Counted from the first letter of the stretch, positions 12,184-21,926 are shown. The stretch: 64,000 bases of DNA from Candidatus Krumholzibacteriia bacterium (GCA_016744705.1 JADGDU010000005.1:3762-67761); one strand, 5' to 3'. Made by a program: numbers and translations. The notes: generated from the letters alone by a model not told the origin.

Positions 12184-13011
12184 GTGAAAAAACGAACTCT
12201 GCTTTACATGGCCATGATAACTTTGTTTTCCATGTCTGTCGCATATGCGGAAGATGTGCCAACACAATCCGATGCTGACCTTGCGCAGGAACTTACCAAT
12301 CCCGTGGCCGATCTCGTCACGGTTCCAATCCAGATGACTATGGATCCGAAGGTTGGACTCTTGGGCGATGGCAGGAAAACACAAACCAATATTCAGCCGG
12401 TCATCCCGTTTGATCTCTCCGAGAATTGGAACATCATCACTCGTACCATTATTCCGGTTATCAATCAGAAGGATATTTTTTCCGGATCAGGCTCTCAGAC
12501 GGGACTGGGAGATATCAGTATGAGCCTTTTTATTGCTCCGAAAGATTCGGGAAAATGGGTTTGGGGCGCAGGCCCTATTGTATTGATGCCGTCGGCGACA
12601 AATGAACTCCTGGGGGGCAAAAAATGGGGCGCAGGCCCCGCGGCGATTCTTCTGAGGATGCAGGGCCCATTCACGTACGGAGGGTTGACTAACCATGTCT
12701 GGTCTTTTGCCGGAGATAGTGAACGCTCCGACATCAGTAATACGTTTGTTCAACCGTTTGTAGCCTATACCACATCCAGTGCGTGGACAGCTTCTCTTCA
12801 GTCTGAAACAACCTATAACTGGGAGGCTGAGCAATGGGCTGTTCCGGTGAACCTGGCCATAGCCAAACTGGTTTATCTTGGAAAGCTCCCTGTGAGCCTG
12901 CAGGCCGGTGCTGGCTATTGGTTGACCGCGGCCGATTCGGCGGCTGAAGGTTGGCGCTTCCGATTACAGGCCAACTTTGTTTTCCCGAAATCAATGTTTA
13001 CCAGTTCGTAA
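12184..13011 (+). CDS. Outer-membrane beta-barrel protein (transporter-like, possibly of the phenol-degradation MetA-type OMP family).
   Basis: It has a GTG start with an RBS and a signal peptide ending …SVAYA-EDV. Alternating amphipathic beta-strand character continues to the C-terminus. It is about 275 aa. Confidence 0.45.
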   Translation: MKKRTLLYMAMITLFSMSVAYAEDVPTQSDADLAQELTNPVADLVTVPIQMTMDPKVGLLGDGRKTQTNIQPVIPFDLSENWNIITRTIIPVINQKDIFSGSGSQTGLGDISMSLFIAPKDSGKWVWGAGPIVLMPSATNELLGGKKWGAGPAAILLRMQGPFTYGGLTNHVWSFAGDSERSDISNTFVQPFVAYTTSSAWTASLQSETTYNWEAEQWAVPVNLAIAKLVYLGKLPVSLQAGAGYWLTAADSAAEGWRFRLQANFVFPKSMFTSS

Positions 13012-13030
13012 AATAAACAGTGGAGCAGTT

Positions 13031-13885
13031 ATGATACATCGACCATGGGCATCTCCCCATCTCCGTACGATCCTGACTGTTTGCAGTATCGTGATTCTTG
13101 CAATTTCATCTCTCCCCGGGAGGATCCAAGCTCAGGATCCTCTCGAGTTGGAGGGGGCTACGGGGCCCGTCAATAAGGAAGACTGGGGCCTCGCTATCAC
13201 GCCTTACGCCTGGTTTGCGGCCCAGGCCTCGGATGTGGACAATGCCACGCTCCGCCAGTCCTTCAACGATCTAGCTTCCATCACCAATATCGGCTTCCAG
13301 GCCCGCCTGCTCGCGCGATATAAATGGGTCACCTTCAATGCCGACTGGACCTACGCCGACCAGAGGTCCGGGGCCGGCATTGGTCGCACCAGCGTCGACA
13401 TCCAACTCAACCAACACATCCTGGATATGAAGGTGGGCGGCAAGGTTCACGACTCACGCACGTCGGCCCAAGACGGAGGGGTCGGGATTTGGGTCGCAGG
13501 CGGCGCTCGCTATTGGGATAACAACGTGGACCTCACCATTACTACCCAGCCGATCATCCCGAGCAACGACCCCAGCGTGGATACCGTTCAGACCGGACAA
13601 ACCTGGTGGGATCCTGTGCTGGGGCTCGCCTTCCACTGGCCGGTTACACCCAAAGTGAGCTTCGCAGTACGGGCCACAGGAGGCGGTCTCGGCATAGGCA
13701 ACGCCTCGACCTATATGTGGGACGCCGAGTTTACGGCACTATTCCAGCTATCCCGGCGATTCCTGCTGAGCGCTGGGTACCGATCCTTCAAGTACGATCG
13801 TAAGGACAGTGAAGGTGAGGAAGAAGTTCGGCAGAAGGTCACGGTGATGGGCCCGACCATCGGTCTTAGTTTTGGAATCTTTTGA
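13031..13885 (+). CDS. Outer-membrane beta-barrel protein (hypothetical).
   Basis: The ATG at 13031 is preceded by GGAG. The signal peptide ends …GRIQA-QDP. The protein is aromatic- and Gly-rich and ends in a C-terminal Phe (…LSFGIF), as is typical for OMP barrels. The gene is high in GC. Confidence 0.5.
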   Translation: MIHRPWASPHLRTILTVCSIVILAISSLPGRIQAQDPLELEGATGPVNKEDWGLAITPYAWFAAQASDVDNATLRQSFNDLASITNIGFQARLLARYKWVTFNADWTYADQRSGAGIGRTSVDIQLNQHILDMKVGGKVHDSRTSAQDGGVGIWVAGGARYWDNNVDLTITTQPIIPSNDPSVDTVQTGQTWWDPVLGLAFHWPVTPKVSFAVRATGGGLGIGNASTYMWDAEFTALFQLSRRFLLSAGYRSFKYDRKDSEGEEEVRQKVTVMGPTIGLSFGIF

Positions 13886-14154
13886 TTTCATGTGTTGTGC
13901 CCTTGAAATTGTCGCTGGGCTCTGCCTTGCATTGGGCTGTGTATGCAGTACTCTCAAAAACTACCCAAAGGCAGGCAACCACCACACTGCCCAAATCCTA
14001 CTTACTCGATGGACTGTGCAAGGGGTTTTCCGGGAGCGGATCCTTTTAACCACATAAAGTTACCGGAGCGTTGGTCCTAATTTTTATGACCGAAAGGTGG
14101 TGACACGGCCTTTGCCTAAACAAAACAGGAGCGACATTTTCCTGGGCACAACCC

Positions 14155-14877
14155 TCAACCTGCACCTAATTTCACCAATTTCTTTTCCGTGGCTTTCTGC
14201 TCCAGAAGCGTTTGCATCACTAGAGAAATCATGCTCTCCTGGGATAAGCGGGTCGAGTTCAACACCAGATCGTAATTGTCATCCTGGCCCGGCTCCTGGT
14301 GAAAAACCTGCCGTACGAAATCTGTCCTTTTGGCATCAGTTTTTCTCACCAGCATGCGGGCTTCGGCTTTGCTCAATTCCAATCTGCTACGAAGTCTATC
14401 AATTCGGATACGCTCCGAAGCCACCACACGTACTCTCAAGTCTGCCTTTTCTCCCAGAATGAGATTGGCGCCCCGGCCCAGAAAAACGACACCACCACGG
14501 GCAGCCAAGCTGCTGACAATTCGCACCAGATCGCCATAATATTGATCTTTCAGAAAAATCCTTTGGCTGAAAACCCCTTTCACCCAAAGGCGAGTCTGGC
14601 TGATGGTGTTTTCGTCCAGATCAGCCACCAAGCTATCTTCCAGTTGGCGGTCTTTGACAATTTTCTGCACCATGGATTGGTCATGAAGATCCAGGCTGAG
14701 TTTGTTGGCCAGATCTTCAGCCAGAAACCGGCCTCCACTGCCAGCCATGCGGGAAATTGTGATGACCGGTTGGCGGGGAGAATGGGGGGGACTGGCAGAA
14801 TCGGGAATCAGATCCCGCAAACTATTCCAGTGATTAATTTGGCGCAGAATGAGTTTTTCAGTGACTGGCAGTGACAT
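14155..14877 (-). CDS. Cytidylate-kinase-like family protein (P-loop NMP-kinase fold).
   Basis: The protein reads …ISRMAGSGGRFLAEDLANKLSL…VVFLGRGAN…RV…SERIRIDRL…, which resembles the cytidylate kinase-like family. I place the start at the internal Met (MSLPVT…), 35 codons into the tracked ORF. Confidence 0.6.
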   Translation of the reverse strand: MSLPVTEKLILRQINHWNSLRDLIPDSASPPHSPRQPVITISRMAGSGGRFLAEDLANKLSLDLHDQSMVQKIVKDRQLEDSLVADLDENTISQTRLWVKGVFSQRIFLKDQYYGDLVRIVSSLAARGGVVFLGRGANLILGEKADLRVRVVASERIRIDRLRSRLELSKAEARMLVRKTDAKRTDFVRQVFHQEPGQDDNYDLVLNSTRLSQESMISLVMQTLLEQKATEKKLVKLGAG

Positions 14878-15050
14878 GATCCAACTCCCTGGAAATTTCT
14901 CGGAAACGTCTTGCTGGGTTTCCGATGGCATGGGCACTTGGCAGTATGTCAATAAATTAACATTGATCCAGACCTGTGACAATGATTGCTATGGGAAATC
15001 TTTTCCCGAGTTTGTTGTGCAAATATCCCCGGAAGAGTTAAACTAGTTCC

Positions 15051-16199
15051 ATGAAAATTCTGCATATCGGCAAGTACTACCCTCCTTATCGGGGGGGAAT
15101 GGAAACAGTTCTGGAGAACCTGGTGGAAGGGCTTCTGGATGCCGATGTTTGTGTGAATACTTTGGTTTCAGGGCAGGATACTCAGGACCGAATTTCTACT
15201 GTCAAAGGGCCTCAGAGTGGCAAAACAGGCCAATTGGTCAGGGTCTCTCGTGCGGGTTTGTTCCAGTCCCAGCCGCTGAACACCACCTTGCTGTCTCAAC
15301 TGCGCAAACAACTTGAGTTATTCCAACCCGATCTGGCGCATCTGCATTTACCCAATCCCCTGGCGATTCTGGCCTGGTCTATCCTGGCCCGATGTTATGG
15401 TTCCCGCATGCCGGCATTGGCCGTCTGGTATCATGCAGATATCACGCGCCAGCGCCTGGGAGCCCGCCTTTTGAAGCCCCTGGTTCGCGGCCTTCTCAAT
15501 GAATGCGAAGGCATTTGTGTATCCACAGAATCCCTGGCCAGGAATTCCGAAATTCTGAGTGGTTTTCCCGAAAAAATTGAAGTCATTCCTTTTGGAATAT
15601 CGCCTGAACCCTGGACTAATATTGGACTCCGGCCGGGTGAGCGTTTTCTCTTTGTGGGGCGGTTGGTCCCGTATAAGGGATTGGAAGTTTTGATTGAGGC
15701 CATGGAAAAGGTACCTGGGGCCTTTCTGGATGTGGTGGGCAGCGGCCCTCTGGAAGATGCCCTTGAACATTCTATCCAGCAGAAAAATTTATCCTCCCGG
15801 ATCACTTTTCATGGGTCCTGCAGCCCTGAACAATTGGCCCAACTGATGGCGTGTGCCCGGGCCCTGGTATTGCCCAGCCTGGACCAAAGTGAAACCTTTG
15901 GATTGGTGCAGTTAGAGGCCATGGCTTCCGGTGTTCCCGTCATTGCCAGCGACTTGAAATCCGGAGTATCAGATGTGGGGGTAGCCGGTGAAACCTGCTT
16001 GCTGGTGCCGCCCGGTGATCCGGTGTCCTTGGCCCATGCCTTACATAACATCCAAAATGACGAAAACCTTGCCAGTCAGTTGGGCCGTGCTTCTCGGCAG
16101 CGATTCAACCAAGCCTACACCCGAGAGATCATGGTTGGCAAAGCTCTGACCTGGTACCGGAAACTGTTGAGCCCCGGTTATCCGAAAGGCCCCTCATGA
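15051..16199 (+). CDS. Glycosyltransferase family 4 (GT-B, retaining).
   Basis: It opens MKILHIGKYYPPYRGGME… and has the E-x7-E region …FGLVQLEAMASGVPVIASD…. It is first in an operon whose genes overlap by 4 nt. Confidence 0.85.
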   Translation: MKILHIGKYYPPYRGGMETVLENLVEGLLDADVCVNTLVSGQDTQDRISTVKGPQSGKTGQLVRVSRAGLFQSQPLNTTLLSQLRKQLELFQPDLAHLHLPNPLAILAWSILARCYGSRMPALAVWYHADITRQRLGARLLKPLVRGLLNECEGICVSTESLARNSEILSGFPEKIEVIPFGISPEPWTNIGLRPGERFLFVGRLVPYKGLEVLIEAMEKVPGAFLDVVGSGPLEDALEHSIQQKNLSSRITFHGSCSPEQLAQLMACARALVLPSLDQSETFGLVQLEAMASGVPVIASDLKSGVSDVGVAGETCLLVPPGDPVSLAHALHNIQNDENLASQLGRASRQRFNQAYTREIMVGKALTWYRKLLSPGYPKGPS

Positions 16200-16996
16200 A
16201 TTTTTCATTTGTCGATCCCTGGCACCTCTTTTTACCTCGTGACGGTGGGCATGTGGTAGCCCTGAGTGGCTCAGGAGGAAAGACCAGCCTGTTGCAGGTT
16301 TTTGCAGCCCAGTTGGTCAGCGAAGATGTGAAAGCCATATTCACCTGCACCACCCGGACCGAAGCCTTGCCAGGTTTTCCCGTTTACGATTTGGCGGATG
16401 TGGAAGCCTCGGACCCCGAACATTTACCCGCCCATTTTTATGTACGAGACAGCATCACAAAGGATGAAAAGTGGTTGGGTGTGGAAGCAGATGATGTGGA
16501 CCGATTGTCCTCAAAATTTTCCGACCGGGTTATTGTAGTGGAAGTGGATGGTTCGGCCTGCCTGCCCCTGAAGTTTTACCAACCAGAGGAACCCGTATGG
16601 CCTCGTCTGACCTCTCTGGCCGTCGTGGTTATGGGTACTTCTGCAGTGGGTGAAGCTGCCGGTGATGTTGTTCACCGTTTTGACAGACAAGAATTTCCTC
16701 CCTTGAAAGAATTGAAAGCCCATGACGTGTGGCAGTGGGATCATTCTTATACTCTGCTGACCGCCCCAGGCGGGTATTTGGAACAAGTGCCTGCAGATAT
16801 ACCCGTGGTCCTGGCCATGACCAGTTTGGCCCAGCAGGATGATAGCATTGGGATGTTTGAGTTTGTGGGCAAAGTCATGGAAAATGATCGAATGCCCTTG
16901 GTGGTTTTCTGTGAAACGACCGGTGAAAATCCTTCTTTTCGAACGTCATGCCGGCGGGATGAAGATGATGAACATCCTGTGGGAACGGAAGAATGA
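16196..16996 (+). CDS. yqeC: YqeC-like putative selenium-dependent molybdenum hydroxylase accessory protein (P-loop).
   Basis: It has an N-terminal …VVALSGSGGKTSLLQVF…FTCTTRTEA… P-loop followed by a TTT block, as in the YqeC family. It is about 265 aa. The call is from memory and I did not search it. Confidence 0.5.
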   Translation: MNFSFVDPWHLFLPRDGGHVVALSGSGGKTSLLQVFAAQLVSEDVKAIFTCTTRTEALPGFPVYDLADVEASDPEHLPAHFYVRDSITKDEKWLGVEADDVDRLSSKFSDRVIVVEVDGSACLPLKFYQPEEPVWPRLTSLAVVVMGTSAVGEAAGDVVHRFDRQEFPPLKELKAHDVWQWDHSYTLLTAPGGYLEQVPADIPVVLAMTSLAQQDDSIGMFEFVGKVMENDRMPLVVFCETTGENPSFRTSCRRDEDDEHPVGTEE

Positions 16997-17634
16997 ATCC
17001 AGTGAGCAAACAGTTGGCTGTGATCATGGCCCGGGGTGCAAGCCAGCGCATGGGGCAGCCCAAAGGGTTGTGCCGGTTGCCAGATCAGGATGATTGTTTT
17101 CTCACCCAGGTCGTGCGTTTGTACCGTGGCTTGGAAATTCCCGTACTCTTGGTTTTACGCCCTGAAGATGAAGCTGCTTACAGTGAAATTGTCCGCCATG
17201 AGGATGTTGAAATACTGGCCGCCGCTGGTGGTGGGGACACAGCCCAAACCATGAAGTTGGCCCTGGAGTGGGCCCAGGCCAAGGGGCTGACGCCGGATAT
17301 ATATTGGGCTCATCCGGTGGATATGCCTTTGGTGAGCGCCCAATCAATTTCCCTGCTGTTGGCAACTGCTGCCAAAAACGATATGGCAGCCTGGCGGCCT
17401 GAATTCCACCAGCAGCCTGGACATCCGGTTCTGTTTCCAGGGCCCCTGTTGGCTTTGGTTCTGACCGATGAAAATATTGAAACGTCCATGTCCAGAATTT
17501 GGAAAAAGGCCATGGCTCAATCTCTCGTTTTACCGATAAATTTATTGAAGGTGGCCGATCCCGGTGTTATTGCCGATTTTGATACACCTGATCAATTGCG
17601 TTTGACCTCCGAAAAGAAAGCCCCAGAATCATGA
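16993..17634 (+). CDS. MobA/MocA-like molybdenum-cofactor nucleotidyltransferase.
   Basis: …LAVIMARGASQRMGQPKGL… is the NTP-transferase glycine-rich loop. It is about 210 aa and lies between yqeC-like and xdhC genes. Confidence 0.7.
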   Translation: MNPVSKQLAVIMARGASQRMGQPKGLCRLPDQDDCFLTQVVRLYRGLEIPVLLVLRPEDEAAYSEIVRHEDVEILAAAGGGDTAQTMKLALEWAQAKGLTPDIYWAHPVDMPLVSAQSISLLLATAAKNDMAAWRPEFHQQPGHPVLFPGPLLALVLTDENIETSMSRIWKKAMAQSLVLPINLLKVADPGVIADFDTPDQLRLTSEKKAPES

Positions 17635-18509
17635 GCCAGAAAAAACAACCCATCACCGATCGTGACATCTACGAAACCCTGGCCCGGATGACCGCAGCCA
17701 ATGAAGAGGGTGTTCTGGTCACGGTGGTGCACACGCGCCTGTCCACGCCTCGTCATGAAGGCAGTAAAATGGTGGTTCATGCCAATGGCAGCATCACTGG
17801 TAGCGTGGGCGGAGGGCGTAGTGAAGCCAAAGTCATCGAAGAGGCCGCTAAAGTTTTTGGCGACCGGCAATGCCGCACACTTGAATTGGACCTGGCTAAA
17901 GGTTTGGGTGTTTGTGGTGGCAATATGAAAGTATTTCTGGAGCCGGTTCTGCGTTCGGCACCCTTCATTATTATTGGTGCTGGGCATGTGGGCCGGGCCG
18001 TGGTTGAAGTGGGCCAAACCTTGCCTTTCCATTTTATTCTGGTGGATGACCGTCCCGAATTTCTCGAACCCTGGCAGGATAATCCTGGGGTTAAAACCAT
18101 TTTGGCCGGCCCGGCAGACATTTGCGAAAAATTATCCGTGCCCGGCCATGGGGCCTTACTTTTGGCCAGCCGGAACCATAAATTGGATCGGGCCTACCTT
18201 GAGGCGTCCTTGAGAGCCGAAATGGAATCAGGCAAAACCTTTCCCTTTTTAGGTGTGTTGGGCAGCCAATCCAAAGCCGAGATCATCTACAATGAAATCT
18301 GCGCCAAGGGAGATGATTTTGCCCAACGAATGACTACTGTGCAAATGCCGGTAGGGTTGGATGTGGGGGCAGAAACCCCTGCAGAAATAGCCCTGAGTGT
18401 CTTCGCCGAAGCCCAGGCGGTGCTGCGGGGGGTAGAGCTTTTGCGCAACGAAGAGGGCACCATTGTGGGCGTCCCCTTGCACCGAACCCGTAAACCAAAA
18501 TTGAGTTAA
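17631..18509 (+). CDS. xdhC: XdhC/CoxI-family molybdenum-hydroxylase maturation factor.
   Basis: It has the N-terminal XdhC_CoxI region (…VLVTVVHTRLSTPRHEGSKMVV…GSVGGG…) and a Rossmann segment (PFIIIGAGHVGRAVVEVG). Confidence 0.8.
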   Translation: MSQKKQPITDRDIYETLARMTAANEEGVLVTVVHTRLSTPRHEGSKMVVHANGSITGSVGGGRSEAKVIEEAAKVFGDRQCRTLELDLAKGLGVCGGNMKVFLEPVLRSAPFIIIGAGHVGRAVVEVGQTLPFHFILVDDRPEFLEPWQDNPGVKTILAGPADICEKLSVPGHGALLLASRNHKLDRAYLEASLRAEMESGKTFPFLGVLGSQSKAEIIYNEICAKGDDFAQRMTTVQMPVGLDVGAETPAEIALSVFAEAQAVLRGVELLRNEEGTIVGVPLHRTRKPKLS

Positions 18510-18527
18510 GAAACAAAGGCGAAAGAG

Positions 18528-19328
18528 ATGAGAAATTCTGGAGTGATTTGGATCCAGGGTGCCGGTGAACTGGCCTCGGGTGTGGGAATGCGACTGGCCC
18601 GATGTGGGTATTGCATTGTGATGGCTGAAATAGAAAACCCTGTGGCTGTGAGGCGTCTGGTTGCGTTCAGTGAAGCGGTTTATACGGGCACAGCTAATGT
18701 TGAAGGTGTGCCGGGAGTTCTGGTGGATAAACTGGATTTCCAGTTGCATCATGGCAAGGTTCAGGTCCTTGTGGATCCGCAGGGTGAGCATTTGAAAGCT
18801 GCCGGGGCTGCGGCAGTCATTGACGGCCGCATGACCAAGAAAGCACCGCAACCATTGCCATTCTCCGGCGAACTCTCCATAGGCCTGGGGCCTGGTTTCC
18901 AGTGTGGGAGGGACGCCGATATAATCATCGAAACCCACCGTGGGGCTCGCCTGGGTGAAGTCATCCGTCAGGGTGAAGCGGCCTCCAACACCGGTACTCC
19001 AGGGGTTGTAGGTGGCCAATCGGCCAAGCGAGTGGTTTATGCTACTGCCGCCGGAAAACTGGTTTCAGAACTGAGCATTGGCGATTTGGTGGAAGAGGGC
19101 CAAATGCTAGGATCAGTGGGCGGCGAGGCTATTTACGCCCGCTTGACAGGTAAAGTGCGCGGTCTGGTCCATCCACAAGCGGAACTTTCAGACGGGGAAA
19201 AGGTTGGAGATATCGATCCCCGTGGTGCGCAGGTCAATCCCGCCCTGGTCACGGACAAAGCTCTGGCCATTGGTGGTGGCATTTTGGAGGCTTTGCTGGG
19301 ATCGGGAGTTCTTCCGGTTTCCGACTGA
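18528..19328 (+). CDS. yqeB: YqeB-like selenium-dependent molybdenum hydroxylase system protein (Rossmann).
   Basis: …VIWIQGAGELASGVGMRLARCGYCIVMAEIENPVAVRRLVAFSEAVYTG… fits my memory of the short YqeB (TIGR03309-type) family. The context with yqeC, mocA and xdhC supports it. Confidence 0.5.
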   Translation: MRNSGVIWIQGAGELASGVGMRLARCGYCIVMAEIENPVAVRRLVAFSEAVYTGTANVEGVPGVLVDKLDFQLHHGKVQVLVDPQGEHLKAAGAAAVIDGRMTKKAPQPLPFSGELSIGLGPGFQCGRDADIIIETHRGARLGEVIRQGEAASNTGTPGVVGGQSAKRVVYATAAGKLVSELSIGDLVEEGQMLGSVGGEAIYARLTGKVRGLVHPQAELSDGEKVGDIDPRGAQVNPALVTDKALAIGGGILEALLGSGVLPVSD

Positions 19329-19478
19329 TGATATCAGCCCTTCATTGACAAACATGGGGGGAAGCGGTTACTCTTAGTGAAGTCCCACCCGCTTTGGGAC
19401 ATTTCTGTGTAAAAAACAGGGGATCACCCCCTGAATTAAGGCTTACGGCCTTTTTAATCCCCTTGGGAGGTCCAATTC

Positions 19479-20657
19479 GTGTTGCGAATCAAGCTTAATA
19501 CTGGTGTATCCACTCTGTTCGTCCTGTTGCTCTTTATGGGATGTTTGGTGCCCATGGGATCTGCCCAGGCTGTTTGCCAGCCCGGTCAAATGAGTGAAGC
19601 CAATCTGGCTTATCAATCGGCTGCCCAATTCCTCTCCGCCCAGCAGTGGGATCAGGCCATCAGCCGTCTGAATTCCATCGTCAAGGTGTGTCCTGAGCAT
19701 GTGGACGCCACCCGTGGCCTGGGAACGGCCTTTGCCGGAAAAGCTGATTACGCCCAGGCTATTGGCTGGTTTAATAAAGTCGTGGCCCTGCGTGGGGACG
19801 AAGTCCAGGCTGGTGATTTTGCCAACTTGGGAAAATCTTACGCCAAACTAAAAAAATACAAAGAGGCTCGGGCAGAGTATATGAAAGCTCAGAATCTGGA
19901 GCCTGATGATTGTGGTGTGCTTTTCAACCTCGGTGTGATGCATTACGCGTCCAAGTACAACACCCAGTCCGTTGAAGTGCTGCAGCATGCTCTGGAAGTT
20001 TGCCCTCAGTACCGGGATAACATTCTCAAACAACTGAGCGTATCGGCCACCGCGGCAGCCAAACAACAAACCCAAAATGGTAATAACGAAAAGGCTGCAT
20101 ATTACACCAATCTGATGAACCAGTATGGTGGCCAAGCCGGTGGAGCCACCACCTACGACATGGTCAAAAAGAAGATGGCCTCCAAAAAATACAACGAAGC
20201 TGTTGTGCTGTTGAATCAGATGCTGGCCAAAAATCCCAACCAACCGGGCGCTGCGCTGACTTGGGCCCGGGCCTACGATGGAGCTGGTGATAAGGCCGGC
20301 AGCATTGGCGCCTATGAGAAGTATTTCCAACTCAAGCCTAATGATGTCAAAACTTATGGCACCTATGTTCAGGTTTTGGTTGAAGCAGGACAGTGCAGCA
20401 ATGCCGCAGCAAAAGCGGCTGCCGGTAGCAAGGGCTTTGCTTCCCAGGGCCGCAGCGCCTTGGCTGGCGTGCACTACTCATGGGGTTTGGCACTGGAATG
20501 TCAGGAAGATTTTGCTGGGGCCAAGGTTCAATTTCAGAAGGCCGCGTCCAGTGGCAACAGCAAATATTCGGGCCCTGCAAAAACCCAGGTTGCCCGCATG
20601 GACGACTTCATGAAGATGAACGATGCCCAGCGGAAGAAAGCCGCTCAAAACAAGTGA
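19479..20657 (+). CDS. Secreted TPR-repeat protein.
   Basis: It has a GTG start after GGGAGG and a signal peptide ending …GSAQA. Multiple 34-residue TPR-like units (A…Y…A…F) are visible. Confidence 0.7.
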   Translation: MLRIKLNTGVSTLFVLLLFMGCLVPMGSAQAVCQPGQMSEANLAYQSAAQFLSAQQWDQAISRLNSIVKVCPEHVDATRGLGTAFAGKADYAQAIGWFNKVVALRGDEVQAGDFANLGKSYAKLKKYKEARAEYMKAQNLEPDDCGVLFNLGVMHYASKYNTQSVEVLQHALEVCPQYRDNILKQLSVSATAAAKQQTQNGNNEKAAYYTNLMNQYGGQAGGATTYDMVKKKMASKKYNEAVVLLNQMLAKNPNQPGAALTWARAYDGAGDKAGSIGAYEKYFQLKPNDVKTYGTYVQVLVEAGQCSNAAAKAAAGSKGFASQGRSALAGVHYSWGLALECQEDFAGAKVQFQKAASSGNSKYSGPAKTQVARMDDFMKMNDAQRKKAAQNK

Positions 20658-20701
20658 TCATCTAACTTCTAGATGATCCTTCTTTGATGTGTCATATTAT
20701 G

Positions 20702-20736
20702 CCCGCGGATCCTTGCTGGATCTGCGGGTTTTTTTT
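20702..20736 (+). terminator. Rho-independent terminator.
   Basis: The hairpin cccgcggatcc…ggatctgcggg is followed by T8. Confidence 0.7.
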
Positions 20737-20756
20737 GAACAGGCGAAAATCGCCCA

Positions 20757-21926
20757 GTGAAAGGTATTGCCTTGGGACGTTTAGATAAATTGCCACCATA
20801 TTTGTTCTCCGCCATCGATCAGGCCAAGGCCGCAGCTCTGGCCAAAGGGGTCGATGTGGTGGATTTGGGTATTGGAGATCCGGACCGCCCAACACCCGCC
20901 TCCCTGGTGGAAGTCATGGCTGCTGCTGTGGCCGATCCCGCTTTTCATCGGTACCCGGCCCAGCGCGGCACACCTCGCCTGCGTCAGGCTATCGCCGCTT
21001 GGTTAAAGAGGCGGCATCACACTGTAGTGGACCCCAATACCCAGGTTTTGGTTCTCATTGGCAGCAAGGAAGGCCTTGGCCATTTGCCCACCACCTGCGT
21101 GGAAGAGGGCGATAATGTTCTCGTACCGGATTTGGGTTATCCCGTGTATGGCCAGGCTACATTGTTAGCCGGTGGCGAGCCCAGAGTTTTCTCTCTGGCT
21201 GCGGAGCGGGGTTTTCTGCCGGATTTTGCGGAACTGGAAAAATTGGCTGATGAAAAAACGCGAATGATTTTTCTCAACTATCCCAACAACCCCACCGGGG
21301 CTGTGGCGGATGAAGAGTTTTGGAAGCGGATGATTGCCTTTACGACCAAGCATAACATTCGCCTGGTTAATGACGCCGCCTACCTGGAAGTGGTGCCTGG
21401 TGGAGAGGCGGCCTTGAGCCTGCTGCAGGTTGCCAGCCCCAGCAAAGATCGGGTCATCGAATTGCACAGTCTTTCCAAGATGTTCAATATGACGGGCTGG
21501 CGCATTGCCTTTGCCGTGGGGCATCCTGAATTGGTGGGCGATCTGGGCCGTGTCAAAGAAAGCATGGACAGTGGTGTCTTCAATGCAGTCCAAGAAACAG
21601 CAACCTACGCTTTGGGAGAGGCTTTTGAGGGATTGCTGGCCGAGGTGATGGATGTATACCCTAAGCGCCGCCAGGTGATCAATGCTGCTTTGGCCAAAAT
21701 GGGAGTTGAGGTTTTCCCTTCGCCGGCCACCTTCTATGTTTGGGCCAAAGTTCCCACAGAAGAATCATCCATTGAATTTTGTGGAAGGGCCCTGGAAGAA
21801 ATTGGCACCGTCATCACGCCGGGGCTGGGTTTTGGCACCGGGGGCGATGGTTGGTTCCGTATCAGTCTGACGGCAAGTGATGAATCAATCGCCGAAGGGG
21901 CACGCCGCTTGGAGGGTTGGAAATGA
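20757..21926 (+). CDS. dapL: LL-diaminopimelate aminotransferase (DapL-type class I aminotransferase).
   Basis: The N-terminus …RLDKLPPYLFSAIDQAK…VDLGIGDPDRPTP… is characteristic of DapL. It is a 389-aa fold-type I aminotransferase with a GTG start. Confidence 0.75.
   Translation: MKGIALGRLDKLPPYLFSAIDQAKAAALAKGVDVVDLGIGDPDRPTPASLVEVMAAAVADPAFHRYPAQRGTPRLRQAIAAWLKRRHHTVVDPNTQVLVLIGSKEGLGHLPTTCVEEGDNVLVPDLGYPVYGQATLLAGGEPRVFSLAAERGFLPDFAELEKLADEKTRMIFLNYPNNPTGAVADEEFWKRMIAFTTKHNIRLVNDAAYLEVVPGGEAALSLLQVASPSKDRVIELHSLSKMFNMTGWRIAFAVGHPELVGDLGRVKESMDSGVFNAVQETATYALGEAFEGLLAEVMDVYPKRRQVINAALAKMGVEVFPSPATFYVWAKVPTEESSIEFCGRALEEIGTVITPGLGFGTGGDGWFRISLTASDESIAEGARRLEGWK

Noticed and set aside
14299-14874. 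A 191-aa + ORF antisense to the cytidylate-kinase-like gene.
   Set aside because: The minus-strand frame has the P-loop NMP-kinase-like pattern. The + frame has none.
18249-19019. A 256-aa minus ORF antisense to the YqeB-like gene.
   Set aside because: It overlaps a + gene that continues a tightly packed operon, and its translation is His/Cys/Arg-rich and low in complexity.
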